Source of the DNA: Emiliania huxleyi CCMP1516
Lineage: Eukaryota
DNA length: 64,000 nucleotides
Direction of reading: 5' to 3'
Assembly (NCBI RefSeq): GCF_000372725.1
Contig: NW_005201287.1
Coordinates: 465,081-529,080, forward strand
The notes beneath the pieces are model-generated. The model ran no database searches. It was not told the DNA's origin and saw only the letters and a list, made by a program, of their open reading frames with translations. A program made the position numbers and the translations under genes. Position 1 is the stretch's first letter; each line of letters starts with the position of its first letter. Positions 1 to 11,090 of this stretch are shown here, piece after piece.

Positions 1-365
1 GTGGGGAGGTGTGGGGAGGTGTGGGGAGGTGTGGGGAGGTGTGGGGAGGTGTGGGGAGGTGTGGGGGAGGTGTGGGGAGGTGTGGGGAGGTGTGGGGAGG
101 TGTGGGGGAGGTATGGGGAGATGTGGGGAGGTGTGGGGGAGGTGTGGGGAGGTGTGGGGGAGGTGTGGGGAGGTGTGGGGGAGGTATGGGGGAGGTGTGG
201 GGGAGGTGTGGGGAGGTGTGGGGAGGTGTGGGGAGGTGTGCGGAGATGTGGGGAGGTGTGGGGAGGTGTGGGGAGGTGTGGGGGAGGTATGGGGAGATGT
301 GGGGAGGTGTGGGGGAGGTGTGGGGAGGTGTGGGGGAGGTGTGGGGAGGTGTGGGGGAGGTATGG
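1..365. repeat. Intronic 10-11 bp tandem repeat (GGGGAGGTGT)n
   Basis: Directly visible; the same unit occurs at 45795-45880 and as its complement at about 14295-14337. Confidence 0.95.
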
Positions 366-2773
366 GCTGGAGGTAGTGCACCGCCGAGCGGACGAGGACG
401 TGCGGGGCGGTGAGCGCGTTGAGGAGCAGCGCCGTCCGCGCGCCTGATCCGCCCTGCGAGGGGGCGAGCAAGGGGGAGGTCTCAGTCGCTTCGACACCGC
501 CGCCGAGGAGTCGCTCTCCTGTGCACACCACTCCCCCGAACTAGATGGCCGAAGGCTGACTACTGACTACAGTCTCCAGCAAGACTCTCCTCGCCTGCGC
601 GACGAGGAGACGTCGATGCTGGCCAACTGGACTACTCACTCCTTCCTGAGTAGTGACTACTCAGAGTAGTACTGAGCTCCTCGCTCGCCTGCGACGAGGA
701 GGAGATATTGATGTTGACGACGCGGCCCGTCTTGCGGTACGCCTCCTCGAAGGTGGTGTCGCCGTAGTAGCGGCGCGTGCAGCGCGCGAACACGTCGTTG
801 TCGACGAGCGAGCCGAGCACCTATTCACAGCTGCACTGTTCACAGCTGGACTACTCACAGTGCTGTCGACGAGGCGAGCCGAGCACCTATTCACAGCTGC
901 ACTGTTCACAGCTGGACTACTCACAGTGCTGTCGACGAGGGAGCCGAGCACCTATTCACAGCTGCACTGTTCACAGCTGGACTACTCACAGTGCTGTCGA
1001 CGAGGCGAGCCGAGCACCACAGAGTTGTAGAGCAGCTGCGGCAGCGGCGGGAACCAGCGGTCGGGCAGGTAGCGGACGGCGATGTCGCGCTGGATAATGT
1101 CCGACAGCATCTCCTGCGAGCGTCCACGAGGAGCGAGCTCAGAGTGGAGCTCTCCGTCGCGCGGGCTGGTGCCCGAGACGCCCCCTCCTGGTCGGTGTTG
1201 ACCGCGAGCACGCCGGCGACGATGGCGCCACCAGAGGTGCCGGAGACGATCCGCGGCATCGTGCCCGCCTCGATGAGAGCCTGCAGCAGACACAACCTCC
1301 TGCAACCTCGAGCAATCTCGTGCAGTCTCGTGCAATCTCGTGCAATCTCGCCTGCACGACGCCGAGGTGGTGCATGCGATCTCCTCCAATCTCGTGCAGT
1401 CTCGTGCAATCTCGTGCAATCTCGTGCAATCTCGCCTGCACGACGCCGAGGTGGTGCATGCGATCTCCTCCAATCTCGTGCAGTCTCGTGCAGTCTCGTG
1501 CAATCTCGTGCAATCTCGCCTGCACGACGCCGAGGTGGTGCATGCGATCTCCTCCAATCTCGTGCAGTCTCGTGCAGTCTCGTGCAGCCTCGTGCAATCT
1601 CGCCTGCACGACGCCGAGGTGGTACATGGCGAGCGAGCCGCCGCCCGAGAGGCAGAGCGCGGTGTGGCCGATGCAGACGGACGCGCGCTCGAAGAGCTGA
1701 AGCCTCTCGCGGTACGAGAGGCTGGCGCAGGGGGCGCCTGATCTCGGGTCATCTCGAGTCATCTCGGGTGATCTCGCGGCGCGAGAGGCTCGCGCACGGG
1801 GGGTGTGGGGGGGGGGGGGGGGGGCCCCCGCAAAGTGCTTGACCCCCCCGGCGAGCTCGTCGTGGAGCCTCTCGACAGCCTCCTTGGTGCCGACGCGGCA
1901 CCTGATTCAAAATGAGCCCTCCAGGTGGGCACTCAGCCCGCCCCCCCGCAGTTTTGCCCCCCGGGGGGGCACTCGGGGTGCAGCGCCCGCGAGTTTGTCT
2001 GCTCCTAATCTCCCACCAGCATCGAGGAAAGCAGCCGCATCAGCGCCTGCAGGTAGTCAGCGAATTCGTATCCATCGTTCTCCATTAGTTCACAGCAGCC
2101 TGCACCAGCGCCTGCAGGTCGTTTGACTCTCGCGCGCTCTTGAGCTGCGTCGTCGCTGCGCCGATCCGGTCGCAATTCGGCGGCGGCTCTGCGCGCCACG
2201 CGTCCTTGCCGTCGAGCGAGTCGAGCTCGCGCGCCGCCGCCGCCCACTCCACCCAAGGACCGGCCGCCTGCTGCCACCTCGAGGTGTGAAGAGGCGGCAG
2301 CGGGGCTGTTCCACCCGAGGACCGGCCGCCTGCAGCGTGCGGCGGAGCGCGACGCGGCGAGAGATGGAGCCTCCGCGGTACCAGCGCGAGGTGGACTCGA
2401 GGACGTACCAGACCTTGGACGCTATGTTGAGCAGCGAGACGCACAGCACCGACAGGGCGATCATCGCCATCTGCCACGCGACAAAGATGAGCTGTCCGGC
2501 AAGGAAGGCGGCGGCGAGGCCGGTCCACATGACCCACCGAAAGTACTGGCGGACGGTGACGACGGCGAGGACGGAGAGGAGGCACATCTGCCACGCCGAC
2601 GCCTCCGCCGTAAGGCTCCACAGCGCGCTGCCCAGCTCCATCGCCTCGTGGAGCGGGTGCGACGCGAGCTGGATGGCGTTCGAGACGCAGGTGTCGTAGG
2701 CGGCGTGGACGGCGCCGCCGCACCACTGCGGCGGCGCAGCGACGGCAGAGACGTCCGCCGCCTCGCAGCTCAT
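1..2773 (-). CDS. Patatin-like triacylglycerol lipase (SDP1/TGL4-like), multi-exon, 3' end runs off the window
   Basis: Exons give an N-terminal hydrophobic region, ALCLSGGGSLAMYHLGVV (oxyanion Gly motif), IVSGTSGGAIVAG (GxSxG nucleophile), TTFEEAYRKTGRVVNI and RRLLLNALTAPHVLVRSAVH; ATG at 2773. Confidence 0.85.
799..1018. repeat. About 65-bp tandem repeat in a patatin intron; each unit copies the start of the next exon (VLGSLVD)
   Basis: tgtcgacgag(g)cgagccgagcacc occurs near 799, 864, 930 and 995. Confidence 0.9.
1310..1625. repeat. 84-bp tandem repeat of the exon end/donor (HLGVVQ|GC) plus (ctcgtgcaat)n
   Basis: ctcgcctgcacgacgccgaggtggt occurs at 1347, 1431, 1515 and 1599. Confidence 0.9.
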
Positions 2774-2885
2774 GCCTGTGTAAATAGCAAGAGGGCGGGG
2801 CGTCGCGTTTCTTGCTGGACGACGGCGATTTCCAGCGATGCGCCCGCGATGCCCGCGACGTGCGTCCCTTGTCAACACGCCGCGA

Positions 2886-2909
2886 GCTGGGATAGGACCG
2901 CCGCAAGCG

Positions 2910-2972
<63 letters not shown>

Positions 2973-3494
2973 GATGGCGAAAAACTCGTCTCGCCACACG
3001 CCAAGGGCTTATGCTCTGGCGAGACGTGAGGCGCATGCGCCCAGGAGGGGAGGGGGCATGTGTAACGACACTGCTAGAGATGCCTTTCGGGGCCCAGAGA
3101 TAAAACTTCTGTGATGCCATGCGTGACCTAGTAGTGTCCCCAGCTATGGGCGTGTCCACGTTGGAGCCAGGTGTGGTGTGGGCGCGAGAATAGCTCCGCC
3201 GTTCATGGAGGCAACCGATGCGAGTCGACTGGTGTGTGTCGTCGTGGTTTCGTATCAAGAATTCTCTCTCTCTCTCCGCCGCAAGCGGCGTGGCGTGGGG
3301 CGGTTGAGCATGTCCCTCCGGGGGCCCCTCTGCGCCGGGGAGGCGTTGTTGGAGGCTAGGACGCAAGCGTCCGTCGCCTTTTTCAAACTCGGGCACCACT
3401 CCGCTACGCTCCGACCCGAATTTGGAGGGCCATGAAGTTTAAGGTGTTGCTGCGCAAAAGGGGCGGGGCGCGGGCGCGCGCGGCGGGCGTCGAG
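2886..3494 (+). repeat. Dispersed repeat family A (about 230 bp), copy 1, interrupted by the insertion above
   Basis: Near-identical to 34420-34663 (+) and 7418-7620 (-). Confidence 0.9.
2913..3275. mobile_element. 363-bp insertion with (GA)n and (TC)n ends and a 15-bp target-site duplication, nested in repeat family A
   Basis: ccgccgcaagcggcg at 2898-2912 and 3276-3290; the uninterrupted site is present at about 34435. Confidence 0.8.
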
Positions 3495-4052
3495 AGTTCT
3501 TTTTGGAGACCAGACCTTTATGCTTTCTATGTCTATCTATCATGCTTCATGACACGACACGCGGTGTGGTGGAGCTGGTGGAGCTGTCAGCTGATCGATC
3601 CAAGCGGGTGGGGAGTGGGGGGCATGGCTGGGCATGCAGGTCCGCCAGTCGGCCCGGCCTCTGACGTGGTGCTGCCGCTGCATTCGCTGAAGAAGAGAGG
3701 TGCGACTTGATTGGAGGCGCTGGAGGCGATGGCGCTAGCAAAGAGGGAGGTTGGGCCGGGCCGTGAGGGGCTGATGGCGCTGGCCAGCGCGGGGTGTGAG
3801 ATGCCGTCGTCGTCGTATACAGGCTGGCCAGGTCCGCAGGTGGCTGCGCTCGGGCGAGGCGCGCGCGCATGGCGGGCCGAGCAGCTCGGCATCTATGGTG
3901 AACCCCCAGATGTCGCGATGGCCGATGGCGGTCCCGCTTTTCGTTTTCCCGATCATTTCGTCCGTCCAATCGAAGGAAGCGCCGGATCGCCCATGTTAAT
4001 GGAGTTAGCCAAACTTGAGGTGACGTTCTTCGTCGCAGATTCCGTGGTTTTT

Positions 4053-4200
4053 GCACGGTATTCGAATTTCCGCTATTTGGTCGTGTGGGTGTGAATCCCG
4101 GGATTAGTCAATGGTACCGCCTCCGCGTCGGCGACGCGGGCGCCTTGCGGGCAGAGCCCTGAGCCACCCTTATGTCTTGCGCGGTCAAAAGAAGAAAAGG
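4053..4200 (+). repeat. Dispersed repeat family D, copy 1
   Basis: gcacggtattcg...gtcaatggtaccgc...ttgcgcggtcaaaag is also at 35866-36005. Confidence 0.8.
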
Positions 4201-4368
4201 AAAAACCACCGACGGCTGCGAGGACGGCGAGGCACTTAGCTCCGGTACCGTCCGTACACTCGATCGTGAAAGCGATCACCACATCCCCCCCACACACACA
4301 GAGAGAAACCTACCTTACCTTACCTTACCCCCCCACACACACACACGCAAACACACTGGCACTCACAG

Positions 4369-5937
4369 TCACCTCACCTCCGCCTGCGGGCAGGAGCCCT
4401 TCTCCTCCGCCGCCTCGGCAGCCGCGCCCGCCCCACTGCCCGCCGGCTCGACGGCCTCCGTCGTCTGCTCCGCGGTCTGCGGCGCGTCCGCCTGCAGCCG
4501 CGGAGAGATGGCCACGGGGGAGATGGAGGCAACCTTGCGGAAGATCTCGCCCATCCCGCTGTTGAAGCCGTTCGCCTGCGGTGCGGCGGGGCAGAGACAT
4601 GATCAGAGACATGGTCCCGCCTGCCGTCTGCACCTCGGCGCCTCGGGGGGCTGCCTGTTCGCCCGGCTGACCTCCCACCTGCCTCTCTCTCTCCCCTGCC
4701 TCTCGGCTGCCTCTCATCTGCCTCTCAGTTCACTTCAATCTCGGGTCGATCTCGTCCTCCCCTCGGCTAGCACGCACCTCCCGCTCTCGGCACATCGGAC
4801 CGTACTCGCCCTCGTCCTGAAACGAGACTCCGTCCTCGCTCCTGCTGACCCGGCCCGGCTCGGGGGCGATCGGGGCCGCCTAGTCGCGGGCAATCTCGGG
4901 TCCTCTCGAGTCCTCTCGGCGGATGCGCCCGCCGTCGCGACTCCAGCGGGCCGCCACAGCGCTGGCCGCAGAGCCGTCGGCGGCGACCGCGGCGCGCGAG
5001 GCTTGCTCGGCGGTGGCGGGCGCCGCGCCGAAGAACATCGAGATGATTGGAAAGCCTGCGCGCACGTGAGCGGTGTGTGGAGCAATATCAAATCTCGACC
5101 AATCTCGGTTCATCTCGACCAATCTCGGTTCATCTCGGTCCATCTCGGTTCATCTCGTGCCGTGGTCGGAGAGGGAAGCGCCGATCAACCTGCCGTCCGC
5201 ATCGCACCGCACCTCGGCCGCCTCGCGCTCGAGCGTCGTCTCGCCTAAGGGGGAAGGCTCCGAGAAGGCTCGACGAAGGCGCGGCGCCCCGTCTAACCGG
5301 ATGCCCCGATGTCTCGCCGCGGCCGTAGAAGGGCTGCACGAAGGGCTCGCGCAGCTTGGGCGGGTCGTCGCACGGGTTGCCGACCACCGCCCAGTAGTAG
5401 CGGCGGACCTTGCAGGGCGAGGGAGGGAGGGGGGTTGGCCTGTCGCCTCTCTCCACCTCCCAGAGTGCTTCGGCGGCTCGCGGAAGACAGAGAGGCAGCT
5501 GCAGAGAGGGGAGAGGAAAGCAGACGCGCCTCCCCGCCCGCGAGCGTGACGTTGGCAGTGTCGACTCGTATAAAGTCCTGCGTGTCACACACGCACGGCC
5601 AGCAGCAGTAGTACATGAACCCGCTCACGAGGCCTCCGCCGTCGACGCGAGGCAGCGTAAGGCGGTATCGCGTGTAGTCGCTCGGGCGGGTCGGCGAGCC
5701 AGAGACGGCGCAGAAGCCCGTGAACATCTCCTCCAGCTTCGACGGCGCCAGCTGCGACGCGCGCTGGAGGATGAAGCTCACCCACAGGTGCGAGGCTGCG
5801 TTTCTGTTGCCGTGTTTGAAGATGTTGCCGTACTCGCTGTGCAGGTCGCGGACGGTCGCAGGTCGCCACGGCGGCGACACGCCGGCCACAGCGATGGAGG
5901 CTAGGGAGAGCAGAGCGATGGGCGGACGCCTCGACAT
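4369..5937 (-). CDS. Uncharacterised Cys-rich, probably secreted protein, multi-exon
   Basis: Signal-peptide-like start MSRRPPIALLSLASIAVAG; conserved-looking motifs GFCAVSGSP, MYYCCWPCVCDTQDFI, VGNPC and GMGEIFRKVASISP. Confidence 0.65.
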
Positions 5938-6026
5938 GAACGTGTGAAATGCCCCGACTCTGAAAGTTCGCGTTCTGCCTGCAGTACCCGGAAGTGACCA
6001 AATCAAAAGAAGAAAACCCGCGTCCG

Positions 6027-6756
6027 ACACAGCCACAGTTAGTGTGAGAAAAGAAAGCTGTTCCGGCTCCCACAAAAACCGCTTCGCTCGCGAGGGAGAC
6101 GCTACACCCGCGAACGGGGCCATGCAGACGAGTCGCCTGCGGCTGGGACGCCAGCCGAGACGGGTACGCCGGGCGCTGGGCGGAGCCTATTCACAGAGGG
6201 CTAACGGGCATTTTTTGCTTCGCTGCGCGGCCTGGGAAGAGGGTTCGCCGCAGTACCCGGAAAGTCTCAAATCAAAAGAAGAAAACTCACCGAGTTCCGC
6301 GCCCCGCGACACAGCCACAGGGAGAGCACGACGAGAAGGGGGAGACCGCGAGGTGGCACGAAGGTTGCAGCGAGAATCGGAGAGAGACTGTGAAGAGAGA
6401 TAGGAAGAGGCGGACGCCCAAGCGCCAAGGGTGGGCGACGGCTAGCGCACCACACCCCTCTCCTTAAAATCCCTGTGTGGTGGCGGCGTGCCGTTCTCCC
6501 ATCCCTCCCCTGGGTTGTCTGTTTTCTTTCTTTCTTTCTTTTACACAGCCACAGTTAGTGTGAGAAAAGAAAGCTGGGTTCCGGCTCCCACAAAAACCGC
6601 TTCGCTCGCGCGGGAGACGCTAAACCCGCGAACGGGGCCATGCAGACGAGTCGCCTGCGGCTGGGACGCCAGCCGAGACGGGTACGCCGGGCGCTGGGCG
6701 GAGCCTATTCACAGAGGGCTAACGGGCATTTTTTGCTTCGCTGCGCGGCCTGGGAA
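6027..6756 (+). repeat. About 210-bp direct duplication (6027-6237 and 6543-6756), non-coding
   Basis: cacagccacagttagtgtgagaaaag...ttcgctgcgcggcctgggaa occurs twice; the flank at 5980-6038 is repeated at 6250-6320. Confidence 0.9.
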
Positions 6757-7119
6757 TAGGTAGGTAGGTGGGCACGGAGCCTGGCGGTTGGCGCCCGCAA
6801 TAGGTAGGTAGGTGAGGTGACCCTACCCCGGCCGCCCTCCCCGCCACCGCCGATAATGAGCAGGCCACCCTCTTCGCCGCCGCCCTCCCCACCGCCCTCC
6901 TCCCCGCCGCCCTCGCCGCCGGCCGAGGCAGCCCGGGCGGAGGAGCGGGCGGCGAGCCGGGACCTGCGCGCCGCTGGTTGGACATGCGCGTCGGCTCGCC
7001 CGAGGACTGCTATCGCGACCCTCCCGTCGTGCCGCAGCCTCCGACGAGCTCTGCAACCGAGGAGAGTGAGGGTGCGCCTCCCCTCACTGCTGGCCTGGCT
7101 GCGCACCGCCCCACAAAGC

Positions 7120-7268
7120 ACCCCCTCGAGCATCTCTACAAGTACAAGTGCAAGGGCGACCTTCTCCAAGTCGTCAACGCGCCCGGCGGCTCCGGCAAGA
7201 CTTTAGCCTTGGCCACCCTCCTTGCGGAGCAGGAGGAGATCCGCTCTCGGTCGGCACGTGGCAGCTAG
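7120..7268 (+). pseudogene. P-loop NTPase/helicase fragment
   Basis: LLQVVNAPGGSGKTLALATLL (Walker A) followed by a stop. Confidence 0.35.
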
Positions 7269-7417
7269 TCGAGGGACACGGTAGTTGTGGACCCCCGGAG
7301 TGTCTGAGGACAGGAGAGAGAGAGCTTTTGTGGTGTTGGTGTACGCAATAACGGGACAGGGTAGTCGTTCTCTCTAGCTCCCCTTCTAGCTCTTAGCATG
7401 AGCTGCGCCCTGGTCCG

Positions 7418-7620
7418 ACCCCTTTTGCGCAGCAACACCTTAAACTTTCAGGCCCTCCAAATTCGGGTCGGAGCGTAGCGGAGGGCCCCGAGTTTGAAAC
7501 CAGGGCGACGGACGCTTGCGTCCTAGCCTCCAACAACGCCTCCCCGGCGCAGAGGGGCCCCCGGAGGGATGCTCAACCGCTCCACGCCACGCCGCTTGCG
7601 GCGGTCCTCTTCCCAGCTCC
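7418..7620 (-). repeat. Repeat family A, copy 2
   Basis: Reverse complement of 3276-3465 and 34430-34630. Confidence 0.9.
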
Positions 7621-7624
7621 GCTG

Positions 7625-7839
7625 AGGGCCCGTGCGTTGGAGCACTTGGAGCACTTGGAGTGCAGTCATCAACCGCACATCCAGGGCCGGGGAGCTAAGA
7701 AGCGCACCCAGCGGGCCGGATGATTGGCATCGGGTTGCGGGCAAGAGAGCCCTAGCCCCGGGGGTGCGCGTTCGCAGGGCAAGGGCCTTAAAGTAAACAC
7801 GGGTCCCCGAGGGTTGGCTCTGCGCTCCGGGTTTCCCCT
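7625..7839 (+). repeat. Repeat family B, copy 1
   Basis: Matches 8660-8825 (+), 59662-59815 (-) and partly 39351-39379. Confidence 0.9.
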
Positions 7840-8659
7840 AGTATCGGTACCTTCTATATCCAAAAGTTATTTAGTACCACCCCGGCTAGGTACGTCGGCG
7901 AACGATCGGAAGGGTGCCGCCTGCACACAAATGGAGTCCAGCGATGTGGGACCTCACTCCCAGAAGCTTGGAGCTTCAGGCCGCGACCACGTGGCTAGGT
8001 GGACACTGTACTCTACCGACCTCTACACCCCTAGACAACCCACTCCGACTAGCATACGGTGTCGGCCCGACCGCCCTGCGGCTCCAGCTACCAGCTGGCG
8101 CCGCTCGGCCCGGATGGAGGCGCCTGGGGCGCCAAAAATCGCGGAGCCGGCGACGTCCTCCAGCCAGCAGTAGGATCCGGCGTCCGACCCGCCCCCTCGG
8201 CGACCCGAGATGGTCTTTCCGACCCCCGAGGCTTCCACTCATGACTCATCTCCTGTCGAGATGCCCCACTGTGAGACCCGGTCGCCCCACACCAGCAGCC
8301 TATGCACACCATAGTTCGGCAAAACTCCACGCGCGAAATGGTGCGCAGCTAGAGAAAGTGGTCCAACTTGGCCCCGTGCTTGGGAGGTGGTTTTTTCAAC
8401 CGCACTAGTCTGGATAGGTGTGATATGTCCGGATAAGTTATGTTTGGCACCGTCCGAAAGAGAGGGACTCCATGATGGGCCTGCGCACCGCGGCGCTTAT
8501 CTACCCGCTATTTCGCCACTTCGCACCGCTGTCGAGAGGGGGGTTCTCGCGGGCTCCTCTTGCCGGAGAGGGTAGGCTGGCATTAGTGTCTTGTGAGTTG
8601 TGTGTTAGGGTGCCCACAGGACCCAAAAAAAGAAAGGAAAAAAGAAATGGGGCACTCCC

Positions 8660-8825
8660 AGGGCCCGTGCGTTGGATGGAGCACTTGGAGCACTTGGAGT
8701 GCAGTCATCAACCGCACATCCAGGGCCGGGGAGCTAAGAAGCGCAGCAAGCGGGCCGGATGATTGGCATCGGGTTGCGGGCAAGAGAGCCCTAGCCCCGG
8801 GGGTGCGCGTTCGCAGGGAAAGGGC
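8660..8825 (+). repeat. Repeat family B, copy 2
   Basis: Direct copy of 7625-7787. Confidence 0.9.
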
Positions 8826-8848
8826 GCGAAACGTTTTTCTTCATATGA

Positions 8849-10552
8849 GGGGCGACCTGGACTGGCTGCGCGGCCTTCCTCTCCTGGCAGGGGACGCACG
8901 GCACGTCGCTCGCGGCCCAGCTCGACGCGCGGCAAACCACCATCACGCAGGACACGCTGCTCACCTGGGCCGCTCGTCACGGGCAGGCCGAGGCGGTGCG
9001 GCTGCTGCTAGAGGGCGGCGCGAGCGTCGGGGCGGCTGACAGCGGCGGCGCCACCGCGCTCCTCCTCGCGAGCGAGGAGGGCCACGTCCAGTGCGCCAGG
9101 CTGCTCCTCGAAGCGAGCGCGGCGATCAACCAGGCCGATGAGAATGGCGTCACGCCGCTGTACGTCGCGAGCCAGCAGGGCCAGGTCGAGTGCGTCCGGC
9201 TGCTTCTCGAGGCCAGCGCGGCGACCGACCAAATCGCACAGGGTGGCGCCACGCCGCTGTACGTCGCGAGCCAGGAGGGCCAGGTCGAGTGCGCCAGGCT
9301 CCTTCTCGAGGCGGGCGCGGCGATAGAGCAACCCATGGACGACGGCACCACGCCGCTGAGCGCTGCGAGCATCAACGGCGAGATCGAATGCGTCCGGCTG
9401 CTCCTCGAGGTCGGCGCGGCGGTCGACCAAGCCAAAGACGGTGGCGCCACGCCGCTGTACTTCGCGTGCCAGAACGGCCACCTCGGGTGCGCCCAGCTGC
9501 TCCTCGAGGCTGGCGCAGCGATCAACCAAGCTACAGAGGATGGTGCCACGCCGCTATTCATCGCGTGCCAGGAGGGCCACCTCGAGTGCTTGCAGCTGCT
9601 CCTCGAGGCTGGCGCAGCGATCAACCAAGCTACAGAGGATGGTGCCACGCCGCTGTTCATCGCGAGCGAGAAGGGCCAGCTCGTGTGCGCCCGGCTGCTC
9701 CTCGAGGCCGGCGTCGCGATGGACCAGGCGGACGAGGACGGCGTCACGCCGCTACTCAAGGCGTGCCAGAACGGCCACCTCGAGGTCGCCAAGCTGCTGC
9801 GCGACGCTGGCGCTGACATCAACCAAGCGATGAACGACGGCACCACGCCGCTGTTCATGGCGTGCCAGAACAACCACCCGGAGATCGCCCGGCTGCTTCT
9901 CGAGGCCGGCGTCGCGATGGACCAGGCGGACGAGGACGGCGCCACGCCGCTGCTCGTTGCGTGCCAGAACGGCCACCTCGAGGTCGCCGCGCTGCTTCTC
10001 GAGGCTGGCGTGGCGGTCGAACAAGTCACGCCCCAAGGCGCCACGCCGCTGAACATGGCGTGCCAGGAGGGCCACCTCGAGGTCGCCAAGCTCCTCTCCT
10101 CCTACGGCGCCTCCCGCGCCGCAGTGCCAACCGTTGGCACGCCCGAGGAGATCGCAACCGATGAGGGCCACGTCGACCTCGCTGCCTGGCTGGTCGCCAG
10201 CCGCGGCTGGACACCGCTCGCGCACCTTGAGACCCTCACCGCCGCCCGCGCCACCTCCCTCCTGCGCAGCGGCGCAAGCTTGCACGAGGGCGAGCCGACG
10301 CCACTGCGGCGCGCCGCGGGCGGCGCGGGCGAGGCGGCGGCGCTGGTTCGGCGGGCGGCGGCGCCGTGGTCGCCGGCAAGCCACTCGCTCTTCCCCGCGT
10401 CGGCCCGCGAGCGGGCGGCGCTCCTCGTCCGCTCGATCTACGAGATCCACGAGCGGTACCATCTCGACTCGGCAGGAGCCACGAACGGCATCGCGGCGCT
10501 CGACTTTGGCCACTGCGTCTTGGGTTTCGCGATCACGCGCGAGACGCAGTAG
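8849..10552 (+). CDS. Ankyrin-repeat protein (about 12 repeats); 5' end uncertain or possibly disrupted
   Basis: Tandem 33-aa G(A/T/V)TPLxxAxxxGHxExxxLLLEAGA repeats; frame is open from 8849 with no in-frame ATG ahead of the repeats. Confidence 0.9.
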   Translation, partial: GATWTGCAAFLSWQGTHGTSLAAQLDARQTTITQDTLLTWAARHGQAEAVRLLLEGGASVGAADSGGATALLLASEEGHVQCARLLLEASAAINQADENGVTPLYVASQQGQVECVRLLLEASAATDQIAQGGATPLYVASQEGQVECARLLLEAGAAIEQPMDDGTTPLSAASINGEIECVRLLLEVGAAVDQAKDGGATPLYFACQNGHLGCAQLLLEAGAAINQATEDGATPLFIACQEGHLECLQLLLEAGAAINQATEDGATPLFIASEKGQLVCARLLLEAGVAMDQADEDGVTPLLKACQNGHLEVAKLLRDAGADINQAMNDGTTPLFMACQNNHPEIARLLLEAGVAMDQADEDGATPLLVACQNGHLEVAALLLEAGVAVEQVTPQGATPLNMACQEGHLEVAKLLSSYGASRAAVPTVGTPEEIATDEGHVDLAAWLVASRGWTPLAHLETLTAARATSLLRSGASLHEGEPTPLRRAAGGAGEAAALVRRAAAPWSPASHSLFPASARERAALLVRSIYEIHERYHLDSAGATNGIAALDFGHCVLGFAITRETQ

Positions 10553-11090
10553 GAGCCCGTTCGCGCGCGGCGCGGCGCTTGGCGCTGCGCCGTGATCTCG
10601 GTCATGCGGATCGGCTAACATGACGCCTTTTTGGTCAGCGGTTTGAACTTTTCCGCGCGAGCTCGGCATTCGGCAACACGGCATGTGTGGCTCTGGACAC
10701 TGGACGGATAACAGACTGGAGCGGCGAGGCGGGCAGGTTCCGCACCGCTATAGTACTTCACATGCATAAAGCGCTTATACAGTTGTAAGGAAACATGGGT
10801 TGAGGAAATCCGGGCGGGGACGCGACCCACTTCACGCCACGCTGCACGCAGACGGTCCCGCGCCTCGCCGCTATGGACCCAGCCCCCGCCTCCCGCCACT
10901 ATGATTATTGGCTCGTTGCCTTCCAGGAGCCGCGAGCTCGGCAGGTCACGCCGTCGGCTCAAGCCGCGAGCGCTCTGAGTCTCCAGAGCCGCGAGCGGTG
11001 GTCCAACGGCTGAGCCCAGAAAGCTCGCCGCGCAGCAGCGGCGACACAAATTCTTTCAATACCCTAGCCCCTAGGGGTACCTCGAAACCA

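Noticed and set aside
1..447. Long ORFs such as MGRCGEVWGG...
   Set aside because: Translations of a stop-free intronic 10-mer repeat
799..1625. CRISPR-like regular repeats
   Set aside because: The intervening sequences are identical rather than unique spacers, there are no cas genes, and the context is a eukaryotic intron
8977..10089. 370-aa antisense ORF and the many other overlapping Arg/Ala/Pro-rich ORFs
   Set aside because: Shadow frames of GC-rich coding DNA
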